From positions 4,126-68,125 of the forward strand of contig JAVBNT010000038.1 in the NCBI GenBank assembly GCA_031551355.1: a DNA stretch of 64,000 nt, in the 5' to 3' direction. The position numbers and the translations under genes are program-made. Shown here piece after piece: positions 19,590-28,837 of the stretch. The DNA is from Candidatus Xenobia bacterium (lineage in GTDB: Bacteria; Vulcanimicrobiota; CADAWZ01). Under the pieces are notes generated by a model, which was not told the DNA's origin, searched no databases, and worked only from the letters and a program-made list of their open reading frames with translations. The stretch's first letter is position 1. The number at the start of each line of letters is the position of its first letter.

Positions 19590-20198
19590 ATGGAGAAGGC
19601 TGCTACTTTAAAATTGGCTGAGCTTGCGGATGAAGAGCTTGTTGCAATGGCCAGGGACATGAGTTATGAGGCTTTTGAAGCCCTTACTTACCGTTATGAA
19701 AGACCAATTTATAATTTGGCTTTCAGGATAACAAGAAACAAGGAAAACGCTGAAGAGGTTATGCAGGACACTTTTATGAGCGTTTTCAAAAATTTAAAGG
19801 ACTTCAGACAACAGGCATCATTTAAAACCTGGATCTATAAGGTCGCAACAAATTTTGCGCTGATGAAACTTAGAAAAGGCAAACGCTACAATGAGATTCT
19901 AACTGATGAGCCTACCGCTTCGCAAAGCGAGGAATTTCCTCAAACCGTATCTTACTGGTTTTCTAATCCGGAAGAAATTTATGAGAAAACCGAACTTACC
20001 GATCTTATAAAAAGGGCTGTCAGTGAACTTCCCGATATTTACCGTACTGCCTTTTTGCTGAGAGATATTGAAGGGTTCTCAAATCAGGAAACAGCGGAGA
20101 TTATGAATATATCCGTTCCCGCAGTTAAATCGCGCATCTTAAGAGCCAGACTGCAAATGAGAGAGTCTTTGACTAATTATATAAAGGAAAGAGCGTAA
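19590..20198 (+). CDS. ECF-type RNA polymerase sigma factor
   Basis: Region 2 'QDTFMSVFKNLKDF' and region 4 'IEGFSNQETAEIMNISVPAVKSRILRARLQMRE'. ATG 19590 follows AGGAG. Confidence 0.8.
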   Translation: MEKAATLKLAELADEELVAMARDMSYEAFEALTYRYERPIYNLAFRITRNKENAEEVMQDTFMSVFKNLKDFRQQASFKTWIYKVATNFALMKLRKGKRYNEILTDEPTASQSEEFPQTVSYWFSNPEEIYEKTELTDLIKRAVSELPDIYRTAFLLRDIEGFSNQETAEIMNISVPAVKSRILRARLQMRESLTNYIKERA

Positions 20199-20485
20199 TG
20201 AGTAATTTTTATTGTAAATACCAGAGGGATATTATAATTGATTGTTCTGTAGAAGAAGAGCCCAAATGTTCATGCGCTTCTTTCAATCTTGAGTCCAAGA
20301 AATGTAGTGATTGCGTGCATATTATCTCTACTGTCCAAACAACTGTTAAACTTTGCAGAGACTATGATTATGATTTGGATGCCGAGGAAAATTGTGATGA
20401 TATAAAGACTAGAGTCAGGGAGAATGTTTTTAAATTTTTGCTCGAGGAACAGCTTGCACAGAAACAAGGCATTGATGAACTTTAA
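20198..20485 (+). CDS. Small Cys-containing protein coupled to the ECF sigma gene. Candidate anti-sigma factor.
   Basis: Start overlaps the sigma stop (TAATG). Contains 'CSCASF...KKCSDCVH'. No TM segment. Confidence 0.4.
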   Translation: MSNFYCKYQRDIIIDCSVEEEPKCSCASFNLESKKCSDCVHIISTVQTTVKLCRDYDYDLDAEENCDDIKTRVRENVFKFLLEEQLAQKQGIDEL

Positions 20486-20509
20486 TATTTGCAACAAGGA
20501 GGCATTGGA

Positions 20510-21676
20510 ATGATTTCTCAGAGAGTAAAGACATTGGAGGAGAGCATAACTCTTGCTATAACGGCCAGGGCTAAGGCGATGAAAAGTGCAGGAGAAGATG
20601 TTATTCTTATGGCTTCGGGTGAGCCTGATTACGATACTCCGGAGCATATAAAGGCAGCGGCCATAGATGCTATTCATTGCGGTTTTACAAAATATACGGC
20701 AACATCGGGGATTGATGAGCTGAAAGAACTTATCTGCAATAAACTGTCCGTAGAAAACAGTCTCCAGTATAACAAGTCCGATGTAATCGTTACTGTTGGC
20801 GGTAAACAGGCTTTGTTCAATGTCTTCCAGTCTATTCTGGATCCGGGAGATCAAGTTATTGTGATCGCTCCTTACTGGGTGAGTTATTTGGAACAGGTTA
20901 AATTGGCCGGCGGTGTTCCCGTCCTTTTATATACGAAAGAGAATTCGTTTGATATTGCGGATCTTGAAAAACTGATAACACCAAGAACAAAGGCGTTAAT
21001 CCTTAACAGTCCGTCAAATCCTTCCGGACATATAATTTCCCGGGAGCTGCTTAAGGGTATTGCGGAGCTTTCGGTTAAGAAGAACTTTTATGTTATTTCC
21101 GATGAGGTCTATGAGAAATTTGTATATGACGGCAATACGTCTGTTTCTGTGGCAACTTTGGGCGAGGAAATAAAAAACAAAACAATATTGATCAATGCTT
21201 TTTCCAAAACTTACTCTATGACCGGATGGAGAGTTGGATATTGTGCCGCCTCAAGGGAAATTATAAAATCAATGGGATTAATCCAGGATCATCAGACTTC
21301 AAACGTATGCTCTATTGCCCAGAAAGCGGCTGTGGCGGCACTTAAGGGATCGCAGAAACCAGTTGAGGAGATGATTGCCCAGTTTGCGGTCAGAAGGGAT
21401 TATATGGTAAAGCGCCTGACTGGAATTAAGGGTATAAAGTGCCTAAATCCTATGGGAGCTTTTTATGTGTTTCCTGATGTCTCGGGCCTTTATAACAAAG
21501 AAATCCCTTCGTCCATGGAGTTTTCCAGGCGTTTGCTGGAAGAAGAGAAGCTTGCCGTTATACCTGGAATCGGGTTTGGCTATGACACTCATATAAGGCT
21601 TACATACTCCACCGGCCTTGAGGATATTAAAAAAGGACTGGACAGATTCGAGTCCTTTATCAGTAATCACTTTTAG
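20510..21676 (+). CDS. Aspartate/aromatic aminotransferase (PLP-dependent, class I)
   Basis: 'NAFSKTYSMTGWRVGY' has the PLP-binding Lys context, and 'SGEPDYDTP' fits the family. ATG 20510 follows AAGGAGG. Confidence 0.8.
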   Translation: MISQRVKTLEESITLAITARAKAMKSAGEDVILMASGEPDYDTPEHIKAAAIDAIHCGFTKYTATSGIDELKELICNKLSVENSLQYNKSDVIVTVGGKQALFNVFQSILDPGDQVIVIAPYWVSYLEQVKLAGGVPVLLYTKENSFDIADLEKLITPRTKALILNSPSNPSGHIISRELLKGIAELSVKKNFYVISDEVYEKFVYDGNTSVSVATLGEEIKNKTILINAFSKTYSMTGWRVGYCAASREIIKSMGLIQDHQTSNVCSIAQKAAVAALKGSQKPVEEMIAQFAVRRDYMVKRLTGIKGIKCLNPMGAFYVFPDVSGLYNKEIPSSMEFSRRLLEEEKLAVIPGIGFGYDTHIRLTYSTGLEDIKKGLDRFESFISNHF

Positions 21677-21899
21677 GCTAATTTGATTGTTAAAAAACTT
21701 GTCTCTCAGAGTTCACAGAGATAATATTGAAAAGATATTACCGGTAATGCGTAGGCGCGTGTTTCCCCGCAAAATAATTTTTCTAATTTTTCTCTGTGTT
21801 CTCCAATTCTCTGTGAGGGATTTTTCATTGCTTAATAAAAAAGCTGCCTTGTTAAGGAAAAAAGGCGGCTCCATTTTTTAATTAAGCCTGATAGCTTAA

Positions 21900-22766
21900 T
21901 TAATCTTCTTCTTCATATGCTCCGTCGAGTATGAGCTTTGTCTGTTCATAATCCTGCGGAGATATTATTATTGATGTAATCCACTTTGTCGATGAAAGAG
22001 CCCACTGTATCGTTGCTGTTTCCGGAGCTAATTTTTTTCTTGCGACTATTCTTTGTGATAGAGAGGTGTTTTTAAGGCTTTCCTCAATAGTTCCGCAGGC
22101 AATTACTCCCAACCCTCTTCTTCCGACTGCTTCAGCCAAAGACTCCATCTGTCTGAAATTAAGAACACTGTAGTCTATTACTATAAAATCGAAATTTCCG
22201 TTTGTCAGAACATTATTGACAATTTTTGCCATTGAATCCTTATGGGCATCCTTGATGTATACACCAATATATTTTGTTTTGCCGTCTTTTTTGAGCTTAT
22301 AGAATGCGTCCATCATTCCGTTGGTCTGCAGTTGTGAAACCTCGGAAACCTCATCAATTATGACACAGTCAATAAAGTTGGTGTTGAGATTTTTTATGCT
22401 TTTTTGAAACAGTCCGATAAAATCGCCTGAATTGTTGGCATAATTCGTTTTCCAGCGTGTGCTAAGCATGCATTTTTGTTTGGTTGATGGACCTATGTTT
22501 TCAGAAACAAAGGCTTCACTGCCTTCTGCAAACGGTGACGTGTCTATAAAATTGGCCCCTCTTGAAATGGCATAAAGGAAGGCCTGTTTATGTTCCTGTT
22601 TGAGGCCTGATGTGTTTATTGAAATGACTCCCAGCTTTCTGCCGGTGTTGCCAAGGCGCCTAGAGTCTATTTCAGATGCATCTGCTCCGGCTGTTGCCGT
22701 TATAATTGATGCCAAAAATATGATTATAAATAGTTTATGGCTGCAGTACTTTTTCATTGTCTCCAT
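21900..22766 (-). CDS. Aldo/keto reductase family protein with an N-terminal hydrophobic extension
   Basis: 'RRLGNTGRKLGVISI...GANFIDTSPFAEG' and a C-terminal AKR-like region. The N-terminal 30 aa look signal-like, so the start is uncertain. Confidence 0.5.
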   Translation of the reverse strand: METMKKYCSHKLFIIIFLASIITATAGADASEIDSRRLGNTGRKLGVISINTSGLKQEHKQAFLYAISRGANFIDTSPFAEGSEAFVSENIGPSTKQKCMLSTRWKTNYANNSGDFIGLFQKSIKNLNTNFIDCVIIDEVSEVSQLQTNGMMDAFYKLKKDGKTKYIGVYIKDAHKDSMAKIVNNVLTNGNFDFIVIDYSVLNFRQMESLAEAVGRRGLGVIACGTIEESLKNTSLSQRIVARKKLAPETATIQWALSSTKWITSIIISPQDYEQTKLILDGAYEEED

Positions 22767-23295
22767 CCACCGATATTATTATTTTTTTGTTTCCCGCTCC
22801 GGGCAGGCTCTTCAGTGTATTTTCTATCTGTGATCTGCGCTGCATCATTTCACAGCTTCCGCCGCCGTCATTTATTGCTTTGTTGAAGTCGACTACGATC
22901 TTTTTTTCGTCAATTGTTATTGACTGAAGCTTAGTTTCAGAAGGCAGCGTTGTGTAATATCCACTTTTCTTCTCTTTTTCGTTCGGGCCTTCTATCAGCA
23001 TGGAGATTGCTTTTTCAGCAACTTCACGTTCACTGTTGCCTTCGACTTTTATTTCCAGAGGGTAAGTTTTTTCCGGAGACATTAAGTCGGGATCTTCTTT
23101 GTTTGATGCATAGAAAACAGCAATGGAACTTTGTGATGAAATGCTGATCGGAGGCTGTTTTTGTGTGCTGTGACGTGAGTCTGTTTTTGTCTCTGTCGGC
23201 ACCGAGTGCTGCAACTGAGATTTGTTTACATTGTATCCTGTGCATCCGCTTATAAAAAGAATTGATGATAATATACATAAAAATAAATTTTTCAT
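22735..23295 (-). CDS. GerMN-domain lipoprotein
   Basis: Lipobox 'LFISGCTG', and a C-terminal GerMN-like region 'KIVVDFNKA...NKKIIISVDG'. Start set at the internal Met (MKNLFL). Confidence 0.6.
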   Translation of the reverse strand: MKNLFLCILSSILFISGCTGYNVNKSQLQHSVPTETKTDSRHSTQKQPPISISSQSSIAVFYASNKEDPDLMSPEKTYPLEIKVEGNSEREVAEKAISMLIEGPNEKEKKSGYYTTLPSETKLQSITIDEKKIVVDFNKAINDGGGSCEMMQRRSQIENTLKSLPGAGNKKIIISVDGDNEKVLQP

Positions 23296-23346
23296 AAAAC
23301 CCACCTGTTTTAGAATAACTTTTTTAAACGGCATAGCCATACCTGT

Positions 23347-23928
23347 TTAAATAGAACCTAACCTGCCGCTGTCGCCCTTCTTTTTCATGTGTAAATCAAT
23401 ACTTTCTTCTGCAACTCTTTTGAGATTTTTCTCGATAAAACTTATTAAAAAATCTACGTTTTCAAGGCTTGAGTAAAATGAAATGGTATCGACTGTTCCT
23501 GAAGACGGTAAGATCTGCCCTTTCGGTGTTTTTTTTACCAGTGCCTCAAGTGTTACCATATACTCTTTTTGTTTGATAAAAAGAACGTTTTTACTTCTTG
23601 TTATAATGGAGCCCATTCTATCCCATTTATACTCTTTTTTATTGCCGTCGGTTAATATTTCCAATCCCCAGTCATGTGCCACAATCGTTTCGTTTTTGAA
23701 CCTGTTTTCAAAGTTTTTTCTGGCCGGTATGAAATTAACTAAAATTACGGCGCATGCGCCCAGAATTAACAGACTCCAGAGCAAAAGTTTTGGTGAAGTG
23801 AATATAAGAATAATAGCTACTATCAAAAGTATTACCGAAACGACTATTGCAATCTTCATTCCCTGAATCATTTGCCTGTTTTCCGGAACATCATAAGTAT
23901 AGAAACTTTTGATGGGCATTTTGTTCAT
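23347..23928 (-). CDS. YcxB-like membrane protein (two TM helices plus a C-terminal domain)
   Basis: Two adjacent TM helices, then a soluble domain with 'NVLFIKQKEYMV'. A paralog lies at 39893..40453. Confidence 0.4.
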   Translation of the reverse strand: MNKMPIKSFYTYDVPENRQMIQGMKIAIVVSVILLIVAIILIFTSPKLLLWSLLILGACAVILVNFIPARKNFENRFKNETIVAHDWGLEILTDGNKKEYKWDRMGSIITRSKNVLFIKQKEYMVTLEALVKKTPKGQILPSSGTVDTISFYSSLENVDFLISFIEKNLKRVAEESIDLHMKKKGDSGRLGSI

Positions 23929-24120
23929 AAACGTTGGTATCCTCTCACGTTGTTATTTAAGTTATCTTCTATAAGATAATATAACATATTTGCTGATATT
24001 TTTTCAACAAGTGTCTTGTTATTATCATTATTTTATTAAAAAATCAGAAGGTTTTTTTCTGCATGGAGTAAAAACTCTAAATATAATAATTTGATAATTA
24101 TATGGAGATTCCTTTAAAAG

Positions 24121-24321
24121 ATGATAGTCAATCTTAACGGCAATAAACATTATTTTGCTGCTGCTCCAACAGTGCAGGAGCTCCTGACTTCGGGTTTGGC
24201 GGAATATTCGGTTATGGCTGTTGTGCTGAATGGAAATGTCGTCAGGGACAGTGACTATCCGCAGATATTCTTGTCGGACGGAGATTCCGTTGAATTGATC
24301 CCGTTTATCTCCGGCGGTTAA
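24121..24321 (+). CDS. ThiS/MoaD-like small protein with a C-terminal Gly-Gly
   Basis: 66 aa, ends '...SVELIPFISGG'. Pattern 'VLNGNVV...DGDSVELI' is typical of the ThiS beta-grasp fold. No thiF/thiG/thiH is nearby. Confidence 0.65.
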   Translation: MIVNLNGNKHYFAAAPTVQELLTSGLAEYSVMAVVLNGNVVRDSDYPQIFLSDGDSVELIPFISGG

Positions 24322-24345
24322 CTTATAATTTAAGGTGCTTTATTT

Positions 24346-25548
24346 ATGAAAAATCTTTTTAAAAATATAAACTTTTTTCTGCTGTGGTCAGGACAGACGG
24401 TTTCTTCCGCCGGGGGATGGATCAATTATGTCGGTTTGAATGTTCTTCTTTATCAGATTTCCGGTTCGGGAAAACTTTTAGGTGCTTTTTTTGTTGCCAG
24501 ACTTGTTCCGGCACTTTTTTTCGGGCCGTTGGGCGGATATCTTGCCGACCGTTATGATAAACGCAAACTGATGATAATGTGTGACACTGTCCGTGCACTG
24601 TCCGTACTTGTTTTTCTTTTTACGGAGAATGTGATTATTTTTTTCACACTGGGATTTTTTCTTTCCGTTTTTGACAAAATATATACATCGGCCAGCGGAG
24701 CCGTTTTGCCGGATGTTGTCGGCCGGCAGGAACTGCTGGCCGCCAATTCACTTAACCGTATTTCCCAGTCGGTCACGACTATTCTCGGCCCTGCGATCGG
24801 CGGCTTTTTAATTGGTATATGGGGATATAAAGTTGTCTTTATTGCCGATAGTATGACTTTCATTTTCTCAGTGATTACCCTGCTGTTTATAAAGTATGTC
24901 AGAGAGGAAAAGGAAGCTTCCAAGACTAAACAGCGTCCGGGATTCATCTCCGAGTTAAAGTATGCGTTTGGATTTTTGCTGACATCTTCTTTTTTACTTT
25001 CCGTTGCCTGTGTAAGGTTTATGGACGCTTTGGGGAGCGGAGCTTTTAACACCGTTTTCCCTGTTTTTTCTTCAAAAATGGTCGTTCCTTACGGCACTTT
25101 CTACGGATGGCTTCTGTCGGCATACGGGGTGGGAACGTTACTCGGATCTTCCCTTACCGGTTTTTTCAGAAAGAAATTCGGTACCGGCCATCTTTATTAT
25201 GTTTCGACGATTGTGATGGCACTTGGGTTGGCAGGGGCATTTCTATTCTCAAATCCGGCTATCAGTTTGGTTTTAATTGCGGTCGGAGGATTTGGGGAAG
25301 GTATTGCCGGTGTTCTTTTCAGCACTGTCATAATGGAGAAAACTCCTAAGGAGATATTAGGTAAAATATTCGGTACCCTGAGTTCTTTCGTATGGATGAT
25401 CTGCGGTCTGGGAATGCTTTTGGCAGGACAATTTTTAGATTACGTTAAATACGATGTAATAACGACATCGGGCGGTATATTCATAGTAGTTTGCACCCTG
25501 TTTTTCTGGATGAAGTACTGTCTTGACAAAAAAGCACAGGAGGATTGA
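24346..25548 (+). CDS. MFS transporter (EntS/MFS_3-like exporter)
   Basis: About 12 TM helices. N-terminal 'LLWSGQTVSSAGGWINYVGL...YLADRYDKRKL' is typical of MFS_3 exporters. Confidence 0.8.
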   Translation: MKNLFKNINFFLLWSGQTVSSAGGWINYVGLNVLLYQISGSGKLLGAFFVARLVPALFFGPLGGYLADRYDKRKLMIMCDTVRALSVLVFLFTENVIIFFTLGFFLSVFDKIYTSASGAVLPDVVGRQELLAANSLNRISQSVTTILGPAIGGFLIGIWGYKVVFIADSMTFIFSVITLLFIKYVREEKEASKTKQRPGFISELKYAFGFLLTSSFLLSVACVRFMDALGSGAFNTVFPVFSSKMVVPYGTFYGWLLSAYGVGTLLGSSLTGFFRKKFGTGHLYYVSTIVMALGLAGAFLFSNPAISLVLIAVGGFGEGIAGVLFSTVIMEKTPKEILGKIFGTLSSFVWMICGLGMLLAGQFLDYVKYDVITTSGGIFIVVCTLFFWMKYCLDKKAQED

Positions 25549-25551
25549 GTT

Positions 25552-26580
25552 ATGACTTTTCCGTTTAAACCCAAGATAGTAGGGTGGGAGCTTACAAGAC
25601 GGTGCAATTACCGGTGTCTTCACTGCGGTACAAGCTGCGGTGCGCCCAGAGATGATGAACTGACGCTTGATCAGGCCTATAAAATGATTGACGATCTTGC
25701 CGAACTTGGATGTGAAATACTCAATCTGTCCGGAGGAGAGCCGTTGATGCACCCTCATTGGGATAAGTTTGCCGTCAGATTGAAGGAAAACAATATTACT
25801 CCGTATATGATTACCAATGCTTACTATATTGAAGACAGTATTGAGCGCATATTAAATTCGCCTTTGAGGCGTATAGGAATAAGCATTGACGGTGATGAAA
25901 AGCTTCATAATCATATAAGGCAAAATCCTGAGGCTTATGCGCGTGTTCTCTCCGCAGCTAAACTTTTGAAAAAACATGGTGTTTCTGTCGGAGCCGTTTC
26001 TCATGCCGCCAAATATAATTTGCATTTGCTTGAGCACATGTATCAGGAATTTTTGAAAATACCGCTTGATTTCTGGCAGATTCAGCTGGCATTTTCCTCC
26101 GGCCGTATGAAGGATTATTCAAATGAACTTTTGGAACCGGAACAGCTTGTAGAAGTGGCAAAATTTATTGAGGAAAAACGCAAAGAAAAGAAAATGATGG
26201 TATGTGTCGGTGACAATCTCGGATATTACTCGTCATATGATATCGTTGATTCGCCCTGGAAGGGCTGCCATGCGGGCCGCTGGGTAGCAGGAATAGAAGC
26301 CGACGGCACGGTTAAAGGATGTCTTTCACTTACTCCTGAGTTTAGAGAGGCTAATCTAAAAGAGCGTTCTTTTAAGGATATCTGGCAGGACAGAGAACTG
26401 TTCAAGTATAACCGCTATTTCAATCCGGAAGATATGTCCGGCAACTGTAAAGGATGTGATAAGGCCCTTGACTGCCGCGGTGGCTGCAGGGTAACTTCTT
26501 TCTGCATGACGGGAAATGTTTTTGACAATCCTTACTGTCTTTACAGGGTTGAGAAGGAAGCTAAGTCCGGTGCAAAATAG
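25552..26580 (+). CDS. Radical SAM enzyme with a C-terminal SPASM domain
   Basis: 'CNYRCLHC' is the CxxxCxxC motif, and 'LSGGEPL' fits. The SPASM cysteines are 'WKGCHAGRW...GCLSL' and 'CKGCDKALDCRGGCRVTSFC'. Confidence 0.85.
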   Translation: MTFPFKPKIVGWELTRRCNYRCLHCGTSCGAPRDDELTLDQAYKMIDDLAELGCEILNLSGGEPLMHPHWDKFAVRLKENNITPYMITNAYYIEDSIERILNSPLRRIGISIDGDEKLHNHIRQNPEAYARVLSAAKLLKKHGVSVGAVSHAAKYNLHLLEHMYQEFLKIPLDFWQIQLAFSSGRMKDYSNELLEPEQLVEVAKFIEEKRKEKKMMVCVGDNLGYYSSYDIVDSPWKGCHAGRWVAGIEADGTVKGCLSLTPEFREANLKERSFKDIWQDRELFKYNRYFNPEDMSGNCKGCDKALDCRGGCRVTSFCMTGNVFDNPYCLYRVEKEAKSGAK

Positions 26581-27847
26581 ATTTGTACTGCCAAAAATAG
26601 AGAACGGTGCATTTTCTCCTTTTGCCGGTGTTGTTTTTTATCCTATTCTTTTGAATTCTTTTTCACTTACAGTGACTGTCAGAGATGGTGTTGCCTGGGA
26701 GGATGATTCCGGTTTTGGATGGGCGCATTTTCTGGAACATGCAAATTTTCAAAAGACGGATCGTTATGCCTCTTTCCTTGAAATTGCCTCATTAGCGGAG
26801 TCGCTTGGCGCCAGGATCAGTGCTTTTACAACCAGAGACTGCGTTACCTATTCCATTCATGCTCCTTCCTGGTCTCTTGAAGAATCGTTTCGGATTATGA
26901 CTTCGCTGATTTCCCATTTAAACTTTGAGGATGATATACTTGACTCTGAAAAAGAAATTATTTTTCAGGAAATGGAGAGAGAAAAGGCTAACTTTAGATC
27001 TTACTATGTTCTGTTTTCGGAAAGTGAACTGCTGTCTCCGTCGATGCTCGGTCGCTATAGTCTTGGTTCAAGAGAAAGTCTTCTGTCTATAAACTCTGCC
27101 AATATCGCAGATTATAAACGCAGAGTTTACAGCCGTGAAAATATCTGCTTGACTCTTTGCGGCGGTTTTGATCTGGAGACGGCTCAGAACCTTACCGGTA
27201 TATTTCTGGAATCGCTTCCGTCTGCTAAAGTGCGCTTGCTGCAGGACTATAATCCTGCAAAGATCTCGGAACGCAGACGATTATACCACTGTCCGTCGGC
27301 GGCGAATCAGGTGCAGATGATCACTTATTTCCGCTTCCCGGCAGTTGCTTATTATGACTGGCTTAAAGCTTCACTTGTAAATACACTTTTGGGCGTAGGT
27401 TTTTCGTCTTTGTTTTATAAAAAATTGCGCCATGAGCAAAAACTTACATATACTACCGCAACTCAGTTGAAATTATACCCTGTGGCCGGAACTTTCCGTC
27501 TTGTGCTTGACTTGGACCCCAAATCAGCATCTTTTGCCGAGAACCTGATCTACAATGTGATCGCGGAACTTGACGATATTTCTGAGAATGATTTTGTTTT
27601 GGCCAAAAATAAATTTTGGGGCGATATCGCATTTAAGCTCTCAGATATGAACTCTTACGGACTTTTTGCCGCCAGAAGACAGTTTATGGGAGAGGAGCGG
27701 CTTCTTTTGTCAAACCTTTATGAGGAATTGAAAAACATGAGCAGGGAAGAACTCTCGGCGTTTGCCGTAAAGAATTTCATCAGAGATAATTCTATCGTTT
27801 GCTTTGCCGGCAGTGATGAGGCTTTAAATACCGTTTCAAAACAGTAG
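26570..27847 (+). CDS. M16 (pitrilysin/insulinase) family zinc peptidase
   Basis: The inverted zinc motif HxxEH ('WAHFLEHANFQ') sits near the N-terminus. GTG 26570 after GAGAAGGAAG overlaps the rSAM stop. The ORF track start at 26516 would overlap by 65 nt. Confidence 0.75.
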   Translation: MQNRFVLPKIENGAFSPFAGVVFYPILLNSFSLTVTVRDGVAWEDDSGFGWAHFLEHANFQKTDRYASFLEIASLAESLGARISAFTTRDCVTYSIHAPSWSLEESFRIMTSLISHLNFEDDILDSEKEIIFQEMEREKANFRSYYVLFSESELLSPSMLGRYSLGSRESLLSINSANIADYKRRVYSRENICLTLCGGFDLETAQNLTGIFLESLPSAKVRLLQDYNPAKISERRRLYHCPSAANQVQMITYFRFPAVAYYDWLKASLVNTLLGVGFSSLFYKKLRHEQKLTYTTATQLKLYPVAGTFRLVLDLDPKSASFAENLIYNVIAELDDISENDFVLAKNKFWGDIAFKLSDMNSYGLFAARRQFMGEERLLLSNLYEELKNMSREELSAFAVKNFIRDNSIVCFAGSDEALNTVSKQ

Positions 27848-27856
27848 GAGGTTGTT

Positions 27857-28237
27857 ATGGATAAGTTTCGCTTAAAATTAGATCATATCGGCTTAATTAC
27901 GTCTGATCTCACTCAGGTGGCCGATTTTTATGAAAATATTTTGGGATTTAAGTCGGAACCGGTTATTGAACCGGAAGATCGTCCTCAGAAAATGCAATAT
28001 TTTCAAAAAGACGGTTATGTGCTGGAGTTCATCCAGCCTTTCAGGGAACTGGCACCGCAGGAAACAGGAATGAAGCATATCGCCTTTACCTGTATTCTTC
28101 TTGATGAGGCTTTTGCGGAAATAAAAGCAAAGGGCTACAAGATGCTGATGGAAGAGCCTCTGCGCTTTGAAGACAGAAGATTTTTCTTTTTTTATGGGGT
28201 GAACAGTACACTAATCGAATTCATGGAATTCGACTAA
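27857..28237 (+). CDS. VOC/glyoxalase-family protein
   Basis: 'LDHIGLITSDLTQVADFYENILGF' is typical of the glyoxalase/bleomycin-resistance fold. Confidence 0.7.
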   Translation: MDKFRLKLDHIGLITSDLTQVADFYENILGFKSEPVIEPEDRPQKMQYFQKDGYVLEFIQPFRELAPQETGMKHIAFTCILLDEAFAEIKAKGYKMLMEEPLRFEDRRFFFFYGVNSTLIEFMEFD

Positions 28238-28360
28238 ATGCGTTCAAATTGACGAATCTCCGTCGCCAGATTGGATTTCGCTCATTCCGCCGTAGTATGT
28301 CTACGGCTCAATCGTCGAAATCCGATCTGTCATAGGCTCTCCGTCAATTTGAACGCATTT
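28238..28360. repeat. MITE-like element (family B), about 123 bp, with perfect 18-bp terminal inverted repeats
   Basis: TIRs 'AATGCGTTCAAATTGACG' and 'CGTCAATTTGAACGCATT'. Internal nested inverted repeats. Homologous copy at 44121..44244. Confidence 0.6.
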
Positions 28361-28475
28361 AGTTTTTAGATGAATTGCGCCCGGCATGCGGGCGAGGTAG
28401 AAAAGACTGCGCTACGCTCGTCAAAATCATTTTTGCCCTAGCCTTCGGCCAGCAATTGACAGCCTAAGCTGTAAT

Positions 28476-28542
28476 TCATTGAAATCAATGAATCCCCGTC
28501 GCCAGATCGGATTTCGCTATGGTTGCCGTATCTCAACCATCG
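28476..28542. repeat. Truncated or diverged copy of the family-B element
   Basis: Shares 'GAATCCCCGTCGCCAGATCGGATTTCGCT' with 28253..28281, then diverges. Confidence 0.4.
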
Positions 28543-28645
28543 TTTTCCACTTTACCGTTACCGCCGGAGCCGCCGCAGTATTGTTCTACGCCTTACTCGT
28601 AAAATCCCTGAAAATAAGTAATTAAATATTTAACACGGAGAATTC

Positions 28646-28837
28646 ATGAAAACAATCAGTAAATCGGTGGCAATGATAATCGTTCTAGCCATGATGATAT
28701 TTTCAGAGAATGCATATGCCAAAGTGTATTGCGAATATTGCAACAAATCTATTTCTTCCAGATCATTAATCAGGAACATAAAGTCTTGCTGTAACGAATG
28801 TCACAAAAAACGTGAACAAAAAAACTGGTTTACATGA
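28646..28837 (+). CDS. Small secreted Cys-containing protein (63 aa)
   Basis: Signal peptide 'VAMIIVLAMMIFSENAYA', then 'CEYCNKS...SCCNECHKK'. Its stop overlaps the next start (ATGA). Confidence 0.4.
   Translation: MKTISKSVAMIIVLAMMIFSENAYAKVYCEYCNKSISSRSLIRNIKSCCNECHKKREQKNWFT

Noticed and set aside
21687-21881. 64-aa ORF between the aminotransferase and the AKR-like gene
   Set aside because: It lies in a convergent intergenic region with terminator-like hairpins. There are no motifs.
22735-22766. 32-nt overlap between the AKR-like and GerMN lipoprotein genes
   Set aside because: This is probably an artefact of taking the longest ORFs. The internal Met starts (MKKYCS for the AKR-like gene, MKNLFL for GerMN) remove most of the overlap.
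26516-26569. Earlier ATG start for the M16 peptidase
   Set aside because: It would overlap the rSAM gene by 65 nt. GTG 26570 has a good RBS and places HxxEH at the position typical for the family. This remains uncertain.
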